Below are positions 42,165 through 54,790 of a stretch of 64,000 nt of DNA, one piece after another. The stretch comes from Octopus vulgaris (Eukaryota), in assembly GCA_951406725.2 (NCBI GenBank), contig OX597839.1:17608001-17672000 (forward strand), written 5' to 3'. How positions within the stretch are numbered: position 1 is the stretch's first letter; every line of letters begins with the position of its first letter. A program made the position numbers and the translations under genes. The notes under the pieces are model-generated. The model made no database searches. It had not been told where the DNA came from and saw nothing but the letters and a program-made list of their open reading frames with translations.

Positions 42165-42578
42165 GGCGCAGGAGTGGCTGTGTGGAAAGTAGCTTGTTTA
42201 CCAACCACATGGTTCCAGGTTTAGTCCCACTGCGTGGCACCTTGGGCAAGTGTCTTCTACTATAGCCTCAGGCTGAGCAAAGCCTTGTGAGTGGATTTGG
42301 TAGACGGAAACTGAAAGAAGCCCGTTGTATATATGTATATATATATATATATATATGTACGTGTGTGTATTTGTGTGTCTGTGTTTGTCCTCCTAGCATT
42401 GCTTGACAACCGATGCTGGTGTGTTTATGTCCCCGTTACTTAGCGGTTCGGCAAAAGAGACCGATAGAATAAGTACTGGGCTTTCAAAAGAATAAGTTCC
42501 GAGGTCGAGTTGCTCGATTAAAGGCAGTGCTCCAGCATGGCCGCATTCAAATGACTGAAACAAGTAAGTAAAAGAGTA
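42165..42578 (+). mobile_element. SINE family A, full length (reference copy)
   Basis: tRNA-like head (tggctgtgtgg A box; ggtttagtccc B box), internal TA/GT microsatellite, conserved body and a stem-loop tail ending gaaacaagtaa. There are many homologues in the window. Confidence 0.93.
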
Positions 42579-43084
42579 TCATCCATCGTCACCTTAATTA
42601 TCATCATCATCATCATCATCACCATCATCATCATCACCATCACTTAAATACTATCATCATTGTTTTTCCATGCTTGCACACATATTTTTTGAGGCAGATT
42701 TTCTACAACTGGTTGTCCTTCCTGTTGCGAACCCTTGTCTACTTCCAATCAAGGTTATATTTCCTTATGACCAGACATGTTTTTTGTGGAAGATTGGAAA
42801 TGAACAACCATGACATGATGTCTAGACATGGGTACACACTCCTATATCTATATCTATATATATATATATAGATAGATATATATATATAATTATAATAATA
42901 ATAATATTAGGGAGTAAATACAAACTTACAGAGAAAAATTAGATTTAGGATTAAATCTAATTTCACAGTATAAATATAAATTAAATATAAAATTATATTT
43001 TTATATTAATTATTTTTATTTTTATGTTTTGGTTTATGTTTTTCACTGTTTGATTTGCCTAATAGTGGTTTTATCTCTAATTTA

Positions 43085-43117
<33 letters not shown>

Positions 43118-43120
<3 letters not shown>

Positions 43121-43312
43121 CCGCGTGTGTACTGTTGGTGATTTTTTTCCTCTATCTTCCCTTCTCTGGATCTTTCCGTCTCCTATGTTTCTGATGAAGA
43201 GCTCCGCTCGAAACGTTAAACCCTCCTTCTTTCCTGAGCGTCCAATAATACTATATTTGTTCCACGTCCTCGCGTTGTTGTGTTTTTTGTGCTTTTTTGT
43301 TTGGATTAACTA
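43118..43312 (+). mobile_element. (TA)n-flanked insert, probable Penelope-like terminal fragment
   Basis: Bounded by (TA)n on both sides, homologous to 27907-28095, and carries the hammerhead-like core listed next. Confidence 0.65.
43187..43221 (+). ncRNA. Minimal type I hammerhead ribozyme-like motif
   Basis: GUUU (stem I) - CUGAUGA - A - GAGC/UCC/GCUC (stem II) - GAA-ACGU (self-complementary stem III) - U - AAAC (stem I'). Minimal hammerheads of this kind are known from Penelope-like elements. Confidence 0.55.
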
Positions 43313-43579
43313 TATATATATGGGATTTAGCTTAACCACCAGTGTTGGAGTAGTCACTACTGATGAGCTGAGCAGAACTAGCTAACTAGTATAGTAACCT
43401 TGCTCACTGTGGGGTGGTTATCTCCCCTGTCAGTGCATAGACCTGTGCTTCTTTGGGGCCAAAAGTGTCTTTGACTCTTGTTTCTAGCAATGTAAGTGCT
43501 ACCCTGCAACTTCAGTCACGAACAGTGACAACTGAAACTTTTTTTTGGTTCTATATTGCATCTAGCCACCTTCATTATT

Positions 43580-43609
<30 letters not shown>

Positions 43610-43611
<2 letters not shown>

Positions 43612-44096
43612 TTTCTTTATTTGGCATTTCCTATATACTTGTGTATAATCCTAGTCACCAAAAGGGACCTTTTATAGAGATCCCAAATGTTAGGTATGTG
43701 GGAAGTGGGAAACGAAGTCCTGGTTTTACCCTGTATCCCAATTATAATCATTATTCTTATCATTAAATATAGGTACAGGTGTGCTCTTGGGTCCAGTATC
43801 ACTGTGCAGCACTTTGGCAGGTGTCTTCTGCTATAGCTTCAGGTTGACTAATGCCTTCTAAGTGGATTTGGTAGATGGAAACTGAAAGAAGCCCATTGTA
43901 TATGTATATATATCATCATCATATATATATATTTAATGATAAAAATAATGATCATAATCGAGATAAAGGGTAAAAGCAGGACTTGGTTTCCCACTTCCCA
44001 CATAACTAACATGTGTGATCTCTGTAAAAGGTCCCTTTTGGTGATTAGGATTATACACAAGGAAATGCCAAATAGGAAATGCCAAATAAAGAAAAT
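43610..44096. mobile_element. MITE-like inverted repeat (arms 43610-43771 and 43928-44096) with a SINE A fragment at its centre (about 43772-43900)
   Basis: The arms are roughly 90% reverse-complementary (e.g. aaaagggaccttttatagaga vs tctctgtaaaaggtccctttt). The right arm has a short duplication of aggaaatgccaaat. Confidence 0.9.
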
Positions 44097-44323
44097 GCAT
44101 ATTCAGTCAGTCATTGCCTGAATAAAAGAAGTACCACATCTGCCAGAGTCAAACCAATCTGGGGTTAGAAAGCTTGCTGATGTTTTGATCCCTTCCTAAA
44201 ATAGTGGCATCTGTTTTGATAGAGACACGCATACACTCACACACAAACATATATAAACGCACGTAAACACATGCAAGCACACACACAAACATGCACTTGG
44301 AGACACACACGTGCATGCAGACA

Positions 44324-44377
<54 letters not shown>

Positions 44378-44733
44378 CTTGCTCTTTTGTGAAGAGAAGC
44401 CATAATGTTTTGCTGGCAATCTTGCTACTTGCAAAAAAAAAAATAAAAGAAAACACATGAAATTATTAATTCATGCTATCCAAAGTATAGCTTAGATGTT
44501 TTTCTGCCAATTACAGTATTGTAAGATATCTATTGTAAACATATTGTCTGTATTAAGCTTTATACAGGCATGCATAAATGTACATATTTGCAAAACCTAG
44601 TGCACAGTAATTTGTACATAGTTTTATGTATTCATGCATTACTGTATATATTTGTAATACATATTGTGCATTTTAAGGAATATATAGAGGTTTGTATACA
44701 AAAGGTAAAAAAGTATGTGTGTGTGTGTGTATA

Positions 44734-44770
<37 letters not shown>

Positions 44771-45292
44771 AATGTCTGTAACTGTGAAATCCATTCCTAC
44801 TATCATGGTATTGAAATTGCTGTCCTTTTATAGAGGGAAACCTATTTTCTGCAAAGAAAAAGGAGTTTGTTATATGATTTATAAAGATTAATTTGTGATA
44901 TGGCTTATATCTTTTATATTATCTATGTATTTAGTTATTTATTATTTTTTTTTTTTAGCTATTTGTTACAATTTCAAATTAGCCACAGAGAGAATGGTTG
45001 ACACACTTTCAGGTCTTCAAAATAAGGGTGAAAGAAATAAGAAAGGAAAAGTACACGTGCATGTCTACACATACACCTACATGCACACATACTGATACAT
45101 AAACATGCACACAGGTACACACACATGCACACTCACACAAAATGCAACCGACACACAAACACACAGACACTTACAAAAGATTACTATTTTCCATGTAATG
45201 AAAGCATCTAATCATTTTTAACTATTTACCTTGTACTGTTATATTTCTCTCTCAATCTTCTATTTTTCCATGCTCCCTCCCTCTATTGTCTG

Positions 45293-45352
<60 letters not shown>

Positions 45353-45974
45353 CTATCTATCTATCTATACATCTCTCTCTCTCTCTCTCTCTCTCTCCCT
45401 CTCCTACACTAACTTTCTTTCTGACTACTGCCTTCAACAAGTCAACAACGGCTTCTCCTGTCCTCGTAAGCCGTTTTTCTCAATGCATTCAAATGAATTT
45501 TTCCATCGGCTTGGCTTAAAAAGCCCTTATCGTTTGTTTCTACTTGTCCTGTCTTTTACTGTTTTTATCTTTATTTGTATTGCTTTTACTGTCTTATTTT
45601 GTTTTTACTGCCCTGTTCTTGTCACCATTTTTACCCCTCCACAAAAAAATCCCGAATTTTATTTAATTAGTTTGCGAGAAGGACTGTTTCAACGAAGTCG
45701 TGTCTTGCCCTTACCTTCAAAACATGCAATAAGTCGAAGCAGGGGCAGCTGAAGAAGGGGAATGTTCCTTGTGTTGTATGTCTTGTACTGTGTCTTTTTG
45801 TTGTTTAAAAAAGTCCATTTCCATTTTTTGTTTTTATGTTTTCATTTCTCGTTGTGTTTTACGTTTTTTTGTGGTGTCCTGTACCCATATATGCATGTAT
45901 ATATACATATAGATGTAGGTATGTACATGTATGTAAGTAAGTATGCATATGTTTTGTTTATTAAATTGTTATTA

Positions 45975-46198
45975 TATGCCGGTGGCACATAAAAAGCACC
46001 ATCTGACTGTGGCCATTTGCCAGCCCCATCTAAGCACCCACTGCACTCACGGAGTGGTTGGTGTTAGGAAGGGCATCCAGCTGTAGAAACATTGCCAGAT
46101 CAGACTGGGCCTGGTGCAGCCTTCTGGCTTCCCAGACCCTAGTTGAAACGTCCAACCCATGCTAGCATGGAAAGCGGATGCTAAATGATGATGATGAT
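45975..46198 (+). mobile_element. RTE LINE 3' UTR copy
   Basis: Same sequence as 5400-5657, with a (GAT)n tail. Confidence 0.88.
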
Positions 46199-46213
46199 AT
46201 ATATACATTTATA

Positions 46214-46531
46214 AGACACAAGGCTTAGAGGTTAGGGCATTCAACTCGCAGCCGTAAGGTTGTAAGTTCAGTTCCTAACAACATGTTGTGTCCTTCAGCA
46301 AGACACTTTATTTCACATTGCTCCAGTCCACTCAGTTGGCAAAAATGAGTAGTTCCTGTATTTCAAAGAGCCAGCCTTGTCATACTCTGTGTCAAGCTGA
46401 ATCTCCCTGAGAACAACATTATGGGTACATGTGTCTGTGGTGTGCTCAGCCACTTGCATGCTAATTTCATGAGCAAGCTGTTCTGTTGCTCAATCAGCTG
46501 GGACCCTTGTCATTGTAACCGATGGAGTGCT
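46214..46531 (+). mobile_element. SINE family C
   Basis: tRNA-like head plus a body ending ggacccttgtcattgtaaccgatggagtgc. It is the reverse complement of 48863-49170. Confidence 0.85.
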
Positions 46532-46574
<43 letters not shown>

Positions 46575-46587
46575 ATGTATGTATGTA

Positions 46588-46636
<49 letters not shown>

Positions 46637-46687
46637 ATATGTATATATATATGTATATATGTATGTATATATATATGTATATATGTA

Positions 46688-46758
<71 letters not shown>

Positions 46759-46865
46759 ATATGTATATATATATAGATAGATAGATATACACGTATATTT
46801 ATTTATATATAGATATATACATATATATGCACATGTGTATTTATATATATATATATATATATATA

Positions 46866-47458
46866 GTCTTCAGCCGCTTGGACTACTGCTCCTAACTATG
46901 GTCTCGAAGCAATTCAAAGAAGCTACACAAAGAAGATTGTCTCAATGCAAAATATCAGCTACTGGGAAAAACTGAAAGTATTAAACCTCTTCTCCCTGGA
47001 GCGGAGGCGGGAGAGATATGTGGTGATATACATCTGGAAAATCCTGGAGGGTCTTGTCCCAAACTTTGGCATTTAAAGTTACCACAACCGCAGAATGGGG
47101 CGCCACTGCATGGTGCCAAAGATTCCAACATCACCATCAAAATACAGGTCCAGATACTGCAACAGCTTGGGTTTCAGAGGACCACAGCTCTTTAACATCC
47201 TCCCTAAATGCCTGAGAGACTTACATGGTGTGGATGTGGGTTTCTTTAAAACTAAACTGGATCTCTTCTTGTCGGGGGTCCCAGATGAACCTACCTCACG
47301 ACAGGAGACACAGATGCGGGCAGCAGCATCGAACTCCCTTATTGATCAAGTGCCATGTATCAGAGGTGGATTCACATATTAGTGTAGCTCATTCAGCAGT
47401 GGTGCCCCAGCATGGCCGCGGCCTTCAGGCTAAAACATTTTTAAGGATTTAAGGATTT
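46866..47458 (+). mobile_element. 5'-truncated CR1-group LINE (second family) inserted in (TA)n
   Basis: Translates LEAIQRSYTKKI...SYWEKLKVLNLFSLERRRERY..IYIWKILEGLVPN, then an in-frame stop, then GPQLFNILP..LR...FKTKLD.FL..VPDEP. It has a short 3' UTR and a (TTTAAGGA)2 tail. Confidence 0.9.
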
Positions 47459-47570
47459 ATATATATATATATATATATATACATGTGTATATATATATGT
47501 ATGTGTGTGTGTGTGTGTGTATTTGTATGTATATGTGTGTGTGTGTATTTATACATATGTATATGCATAT

Positions 47571-47605
<35 letters not shown>

Positions 47606-48033
47606 CAACATGTGATATCCCAAGATGTTCAACATAGAAAATATATTAGTACTCAGATGATTTGAACTTACAATCTTACGTCTTTATTGAGAACTAAATC
47701 TGCAGAGTAAAGAGTGGCCATGAGAGGGATCCAGGTGAGCTGACATGGAGACAACAATGAAATAAACAAATAGAAATGCTTGAGCTTCACTTATAAAATA
47801 TACATAAATACATCTAAATAAATATAGAGATATATTTATCAAATTCTCTAATAAAACCAATTCTCCAATATTATATCTAACATAAGGAACCCTCCACAAG
47901 ACCCCAAATGCCATGCATCTCTTCTTTCTGAATTTTTCTGTAGTTTTTGTTCTCCGTGTAAATCTGTTTAATAAATATATAACTATCTATATACGTATAC
48001 ATGAATGTTCATGATGATATATATATATACACA

Positions 48034-48064
<31 letters not shown>

Positions 48065-48552
48065 CATCATTGTTGTAGCATCCAGTTTTTCATGCCTGCA
48101 TTGGTCAGACAATTTGTTCAGGCAGATTTTCTATGGTCGTATGCCCTCCCTGTTACCAGCCCTCACCTGTCTCCTAGCAAAGTGATATTTTCCCATTACC
48201 TGACATATATTTACACAGACCTAATAATAAACAATGCTTATTTGCAACCATCATGCAACGTACAGACAATAGAGCATTGTCACACAAAAACACAGATACA
48301 TACAGACATACATGCATGTAACAACAGATTTGCACAAAATCCTAGAAATGCTAGGATTTTCTGAGAATGAATAAAAGAAACTGATGTACATCCTCCAAAT
48401 CCAGTCTATTAGCACACAGCAAATATTTGTAAAACATTCCAAAGATTCTTTGAGATTCTTTAAGTGAATATATGCACAGATTTGGTTATGTGCATCGTCA
48501 TAGACACTTACATAAAAAGTAATGATGCACACTCGCCTAAATACTAAAGAGT

Positions 48553-48843
48553 GGAGGCACATGGTCTAGTGGTTAGAGCAGCAGACTCGCAGTCGAGGGA
48601 TCACGGGTTCGAATCTCAGACCGGGCGATGTTTATGAGCGAAAACACCTAAGCTCCATGCGGCTCCGACAGAAGATAATGACGAATTTCTACTGACTCTT
48701 TCGCCTCAACTTTCTCTCACTCTTTCCTCCTGCATCTTGCAGCTCACCTGCGATGGACCGGCGTCCCGTCCAGGTGGGGAACCTATACGCCAAGAAACCG
48801 GGAAACTGGCCCTTATGAGCCAGGCATGGCTCGAGAAGGAACA
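48553..48843 (+). mobile_element. SINE family D, 3' module type 2
   Basis: Clear A box (tggtctagtggttagagc) and B box (ggttcgaatc). The 5' part is shared with 22871 but the 3' part differs. Confidence 0.88.
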
Positions 48844-48862
48844 AAATATATTGATATACACT

Positions 48863-49170
48863 GGCACTTCGTCAGTTACATGACGAGGGTTCCAGTTGAT
48901 CCGATCAGCGGAACAGCCTGCTCGTGAAATTAACATGCAAGTGGCTGAGCACTCCACAGACATGCATACTCTTAATGTAGCTTTAAGGGAGATTCAGCAT
49001 GACCCAGAATGTGACAAGGCTGACCTTTTCAATTACAAGTACTACTCATCTTTGGCAGCTGAATGGACTGGATCAATGTTAAATAAAGTATCTTGCTCAA
49101 ATGCACAATGTGCCACTAGGAATCCAACTCATGACCTTATGACCATGAGCCAAATAGCTTAACCACTAAG
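48863..49170 (-). mobile_element. SINE family C
   Basis: Contains a single copy of gacgagggttccagttgatccgatca, the unit amplified at 4173-4983. Confidence 0.88.
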
Positions 49171-50251
49171 TGCAGATCCATATGCCTACCTATACACACA
49201 CAAACCACATATTTACAAACCTCAGAAACTAACCAGTAAATGGCATATCTCCCTCAAATTACATATGAATTTTACACAAAAAGGGGAAAGGCTACATTAT
49301 ATAATGTAATCCAAGGTAGACTGTGTTGTAAAAACATGTGCCTGCCATGGCTGGAATGAGATGAAGGTTTGACTACAACCAGAAAAATAGTTTGAAACAA
49401 AGAGTGCTTTAAGATGTCAGTTGGTCAGAAGCAAAAGAAACTATATTTGTCCTTTACAAAGAAGTGTAGGTTTTTAGAATTCTTATGGTCAGGCTCAAAG
49501 AACAAAACAATTATTCATAATCCTAGCCCTATTGACTACTCAGCAAAATTATGAGTCATGCTACATCAGCATTTTTGTTGGATGAAAAAAATATTGGTGT
49601 CAACAACCCTTGGCCATTATCTGATAAACAGCTGAGATATCTTGTGAGAATTTGTAGTTGAACCATGACTAAATGTCGAACAACATATTATGACATTTCT
49701 TTAAGCTTTGCTGCGTTATATCATAAAGATGAAATGATATAGATTAGAATAATTGCAAGTGTTTTTTGCATACATTTTTTCTGTTCATTCAATCAATTAA
49801 TATCAGCATTCATGAACATCATCATATATCCATATTTCTGTACATGCATGGGTTGGATGGAGTTTGCAGAGGCGTATTTTCTACAGCTGAATGCCCTTCC
49901 TGTCACCAAGTCTCATCTGTTTCCAAGTAAGGCAATATTTCCCCATAACTAGACATATTTTACAGAAGATTGGAAAAGAGGGACACTGCTTACAACACTA
50001 CTCACATGCGAGTGACACTCATTTACAAATATCACATGAAGTCAAGGCAGAGAAACTGTAACACATATAAAAATGTATTATAACAGGCTTCTTTCAGTTT
50101 TTGTCTACCAAATCAGGTAACAATGCTTAAGTCAGCCTATAGTTGAAAACATTTACCCAAGGTGATACACAGTGTGACAAACCTGAGACCACAATGTTGG
50201 GAAACAAACTTCTTACTACACAGCCAGACCTGCATCTATGCATAAACCTAC

Positions 50252-50515
50252 CATCATCATCATTGTTTAACGTCCATTTTCCGTGCTAGCATGGGTTGGA
50301 CGGTTCGACCAGGGTCTGGGAAGCCAGGAGGCTGCACCAGGCTCCAGTCTGATCTGGCAGTGTTTCTACAGCTGGACGCCCTTCCTAATGCCAACCACTC
50401 CGTGAGTGTAGTGGGCGCTTTTTACGTGCCACCGGCACAGGTGCCAGGGGAGTCTGGCAGCAGCCATGATTGGTTGTTGCTTTTTATGTGCCACCGGCAC
50501 AGAAGCCAGTCGAGT
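50252..50515 (-). mobile_element. RTE LINE 3' UTR copy
   Basis: catcatcat-tgtttaacgtcc...gctagcatgggttggacggttcgacc. A shorter copy lies at 51683-51855 (-). Confidence 0.9.
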
Positions 50516-53500
50516 TTTTTTTTTTCTTTTAGTGGAAACAGCACAACCAAATGATGATGAAGTTTGTTTCAAAATCAATTTGTGTGGCATTCTGCAAAAA
50601 TGTCTTCTGCCATTGCTTTGGTTCAATATGAGCCTTGTGGTTGAAATATTGTAGACAGATATGATGCAAAAGCCTATTGGATGGATTGTACCCATAATTC
50701 CGAGGTGCAACTATTTCACACAGTGTCATTCTGATTCTGTCTGAGAATTACATTAAGAGTTCATTTATCTGTAGAATCAAACATGGGGTATTCTGGAGAC
50801 CAGTTAGTGTAAGAGAGATAATAATTTTTTTGATAATACTTGGCAGGATTAGATAATTGCATTTTAAGTCAAGGAACAAGGAAGAAGACATGTGGGGTAC
50901 ATGGCTTTTTCCCTTGCTTGCTCATTACAAATACTTTAAAATTTCTGGTCTTAGGTATTGATGTGTAGTACCATTTTATTCTTATCAGAAATTGTCAGCA
51001 TGACATATCTGAGGTTAATAAATTAAACTAAATGATTTTTCAAAATGAGATACTTCTTATAGATAGAAAATAATTACAGTTTGGAAGAGATTCATGGAAT
51101 ATGTGTTTTATTTTCTTTTTTCATTATTCTTTTTCTTTCATGCTAATTGAACGAGCAGGGATTTCACTTGATCAAATGACTGAATCCTCATCATTGAAAG
51201 TAATGGAGTTCCATTATGTTGTGTGTGTGTGCATGCATGTGCATACATGCAATATGCGCAGATGCATTGTACATATATCTATTCAACACATGCACATTAA
51301 TTGAGCTAATGAGGCAAATCTCTGTATCCACTTGAACTGTTAGAAATAGCAACTAAATCTAATAACCCAAAATCATTCCTTCTCAAGCAAATAAAAGCAT
51401 TCCAAACATACACATCGTGTTTTAGTTTTGATTCTCTCAAAATACATATCTGAGACTGCTCTTTCAATGATATTTTCTGTTTTCTTTTTTTAATTGTCAG
51501 TTATGATTTGAGGGTTATTTGACTGTTGTTTCTAGCAAATAGGGCAAACTGTTGCCCATGGTACTATTTAAATAGCATGCCTAACAAAAGATAGTCTTGG
51601 ATTTTTTTTTAGTAGTGCAGTCTACCTAGTGATGATCCATATCTCATGTGGCCCATTTCTCAGAAAAAGTTGCCCACACCTGATCATCATCATCATCATC
51701 GTTTAGTGTCCGCTTTCCATTCTAGCATGGGTTGGACGGTTCAACTGGGGTCTGGGAAGCCAGAAGGCTGCACCAGGCCCAGTCTGATCTGGCAATGTTT
51801 CTACGGCTGGATGCCCTTCCTAACGCCAACCACTCCGTGAGTGTAGTGGGTGCTGATATAGAGTAGAACTATATGTGGGAGCAGTTCCCAAAGAATATTC
51901 CGTGTTGTAACTTGGGAGGGTCATTATGTCAATAATAAATACATACACTGATTCTGTTTCACTTCTTTATCTTTATATGTCAATTGGTTAAATATTTAAC
52001 CAATTAATTAATTGATTGTTTTGTTAATTGTTCAGTCAATTCAACATGATTCATGTAGAATGTAAAATACAGTTAATTTCACTCTCACTTGTAATTCCTA
52101 CTGGTAAAAACAGAATATAAAGAATGTAAGGAAACTGGTGTTAGTCTCCATTGACAAAAATTATACAGTGACATTTATAGATTTGGAAAAGTTTTTATTC
52201 TGTGAGGGGAACAAGAAGTTGATGTTTTGGAGCTGACCCTTCTGTCACAAAATGAATTCAGTTATTCTTCTTTTTTTTTTCTGTCACAAGAAGTGGCTTG
52301 TCCAAAACTTTGGGTTCCCCTTTATTTCTTCATCCAAACTCAGAATGAATCAGTTGGGTGCAGCTGTTTGGATGCTTATGATTTGGCATGGTTCAGTGGA
52401 CAATCAACCAGTTTTGTTGATGGTACATTTTGGCCCTTGAGGCAAACATACACATGCATATGAACAGAACTATATGCATACTAATACAGAGAGGAAGAAA
52501 GAGACATTACACATACATACAAACATAGCCACATGCTCACATGCGTAAAGAGAAAGAGAGAGAGAGAGAGTGGGGAGAAAAGGAAGGAGTGAATGAGAGA
52601 AACATTAAAATGTCTATGTCAAATAAGTCATTAGCAAATATGTGGGGCCAGAGAGGCGGCACCAAAATGACTGTGCCAAAACGTCTCAAACTTATCCAAA
52701 TTCGTGCTCATTACTAGAGAAAAGAAATTTTTCTACCTCTTATTCTGTTTGTGATGATGTGTGTAATGTAAAATTTTGGAAGTTGTCATGTTGAAGTACA
52801 CAGCCACCTTGGAACTTGTGCTGTGACTTTCCCCTTATTTCTTCATGGATTTTCTTAAAACATTTATGATTATGCAAAACTGTGTAGAGTTGCAAATTGG
52901 ATAATTTTATAATAAAAAGCACCAAGGGAGGATATATTTTGCAATTAGGTAATAATATGCAATGCGCAAATTACTCTAAAGAAATTTTTCGGCTTATAAT
53001 TCACTTGCCAAAGATAGGCAATATGACTAACAAATACACTATTTATGTTATGTTTGTTTTCCAAAAATACATTCAATTATTTGTAATTTGATGTATAATA
53101 TACAGGGGTTCATTTATAATTAGGTATACATTCAAGGGGATTTCGAAATCTCATGTAATTTATAAAGTTTTGCTAAGAGGAAAAAATCCTTGGAACAACA
53201 ATAGTTTTAAATCATTTTAAAGAATACACACATTTTAATACTTGGAATATGGTACAGGGAATCCAATGAGCCAGTTTTCATCGATATAACAGTGATAATA
53301 TTATTTGTTATAATAATAATAATCCTTTGTATTATAGGCACAGAGCCTGATATTTTGGGGGAGGGAGCTAGTCAATGACACTGACCCCAGTGGTCAACTG
53401 GTACTTATTTTATTGACTCTAATAAGATGAAGGGCAAATTGAACCTTGGTAGAATTTAAACTCAGAACATAAATACAAATGAAATGCCACTAAGCATTTT

Positions 53501-53565
53501 GTTTGGTGCAGTAACGATTCTGCTAGCTTGCTGTCTTAATAACAATAATGATGATGATGATGCTG

Positions 53566-53617
<52 letters not shown>

Positions 53618-54214
53618 GTAATGGTTTCAAGTTTTGACACAAGTTCAGCAATTTTAGGAGACAGAATAGCTGAATACATTGACCTGCAGAATTTGTCTTG
53701 TATCTTATTTTATTGACCATGGTGGGATGAAAAGCAGAGTTGACCACTGTTGTATCTAAACTCAAAATGTAAAGAGCTAGAACAAGTACTGCCATTCATT
53801 TTCCCATGTTATGTATCCACAATGAGCACAAAATTACTCATACTTTTGTTGTCTATTGATTTTGTATTCTGCTACATAAGCTGACATATTGCCTGTCTTT
53901 CAGCAAGATCAAGAAGTACTTAATTCTGTTAATTATTTTTGTTGTTTGGTCCTATGTCAGAGCTGACACAACTGACCTATGTTCCAATACATCTTTATTT
54001 ACATCTATGTCCATGTTGTCCGTTGTGGATTTGTTTGTTTCTTTGTCCATTTTTAATAACAATGAGTGATGTGTAGAAATTTTCCTCTATTTCGAGCAGG
54101 TCCAGAAACCACATACAGTCTTCTCTTATTGTTCTGTTTCAATGTAAATAAATAAATCATGATTTCAGTGTGGATTAAAATATGAAAATCTAAAATTCTT
54201 CAATTCTTCTGCAG

Positions 54215-54295
54215 GGATCATATTGGGCTATTGACAATAATCCATCAGATGACCCGGTTCCATCTCGGCAGAAAAGAAGGCGACTCAATGAAAGA
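54215..54295 (+). CDS. FoxJ2/3: Internal coding exon of a forkhead transcription factor of the FoxJ2/3 class (end of the forkhead domain and basic NLS-like patch)
   Basis: Acceptor ttcttctgcag, donor gtaagt, 81 nt, phase 0-0. It translates GSYWAIDNNPSDDPVPSRQKRRRLNER, which matches my recollection of vertebrate FOXJ3 (PGK)GSYWAIDTNPKED.LP.RPKKR.RS.ER. Too short to appear in the ORF track. Confidence 0.88.
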
Positions 54296-54351
54296 GTAAG
54301 TATTATTATCATTGTTAAAATAAAGCTAGATATTTATATTAATGGTTTGTG

Positions 54352-54681
54352 AAGCTGCATGGCTCAGTGGTTAGATTGTTGGGTTCATGATCATGAGGTA
54401 ATGAGTTCAATTCCCAGACTGGGCTGGGTGTTGTGTTCTTGAGCAAGACTCTTTATTTCACATTATTCCAGTTCATTCAGCTGTAGAAATGAGCTGCCAT
54501 GTCACTCATACCAAGCTGTATCAGCCTTTGCTTTTCCCTTGGATAATATCAGTGGTGTAGAGAGGGGAGGCTGGTATGCATGGGCAACTGGTGGTCTTCC
54601 ACAAATAACTTTACCCAGACTTGTGCCTCGGAGGGTCACTTTCTAGGTGTAAACCGATGGTCATTCATGACTGAAAGGGGT
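54352..54681 (+). mobile_element. SINE family B, full length
   Basis: tggctcagtggttag A box and gagttcaattccc B box; colinear with 18241-18565. Confidence 0.9.
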
Positions 54682-54759
54682 GTCTTCTGCTTTAGCTTCA
54701 GGTCAACCAACACCCTGCTAATGGATTTGGTAGATGGAAACTGAAAGAAGCCTGTTGTG

Positions 54760-54790
<31 letters not shown>

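Noticed and set aside
48553-48625. tRNA gene
   Set aside because: A and B boxes are present but the sequence continues into a SINE body shared with 22871, and I saw no convincing acceptor stem. It is a tRNA-derived SINE head.
52170-52430. Possible Tc1-like transposase remnant (LMIWHGSVDNQ)
   Set aside because: The similarity is too weak and fragmented to support by eye.
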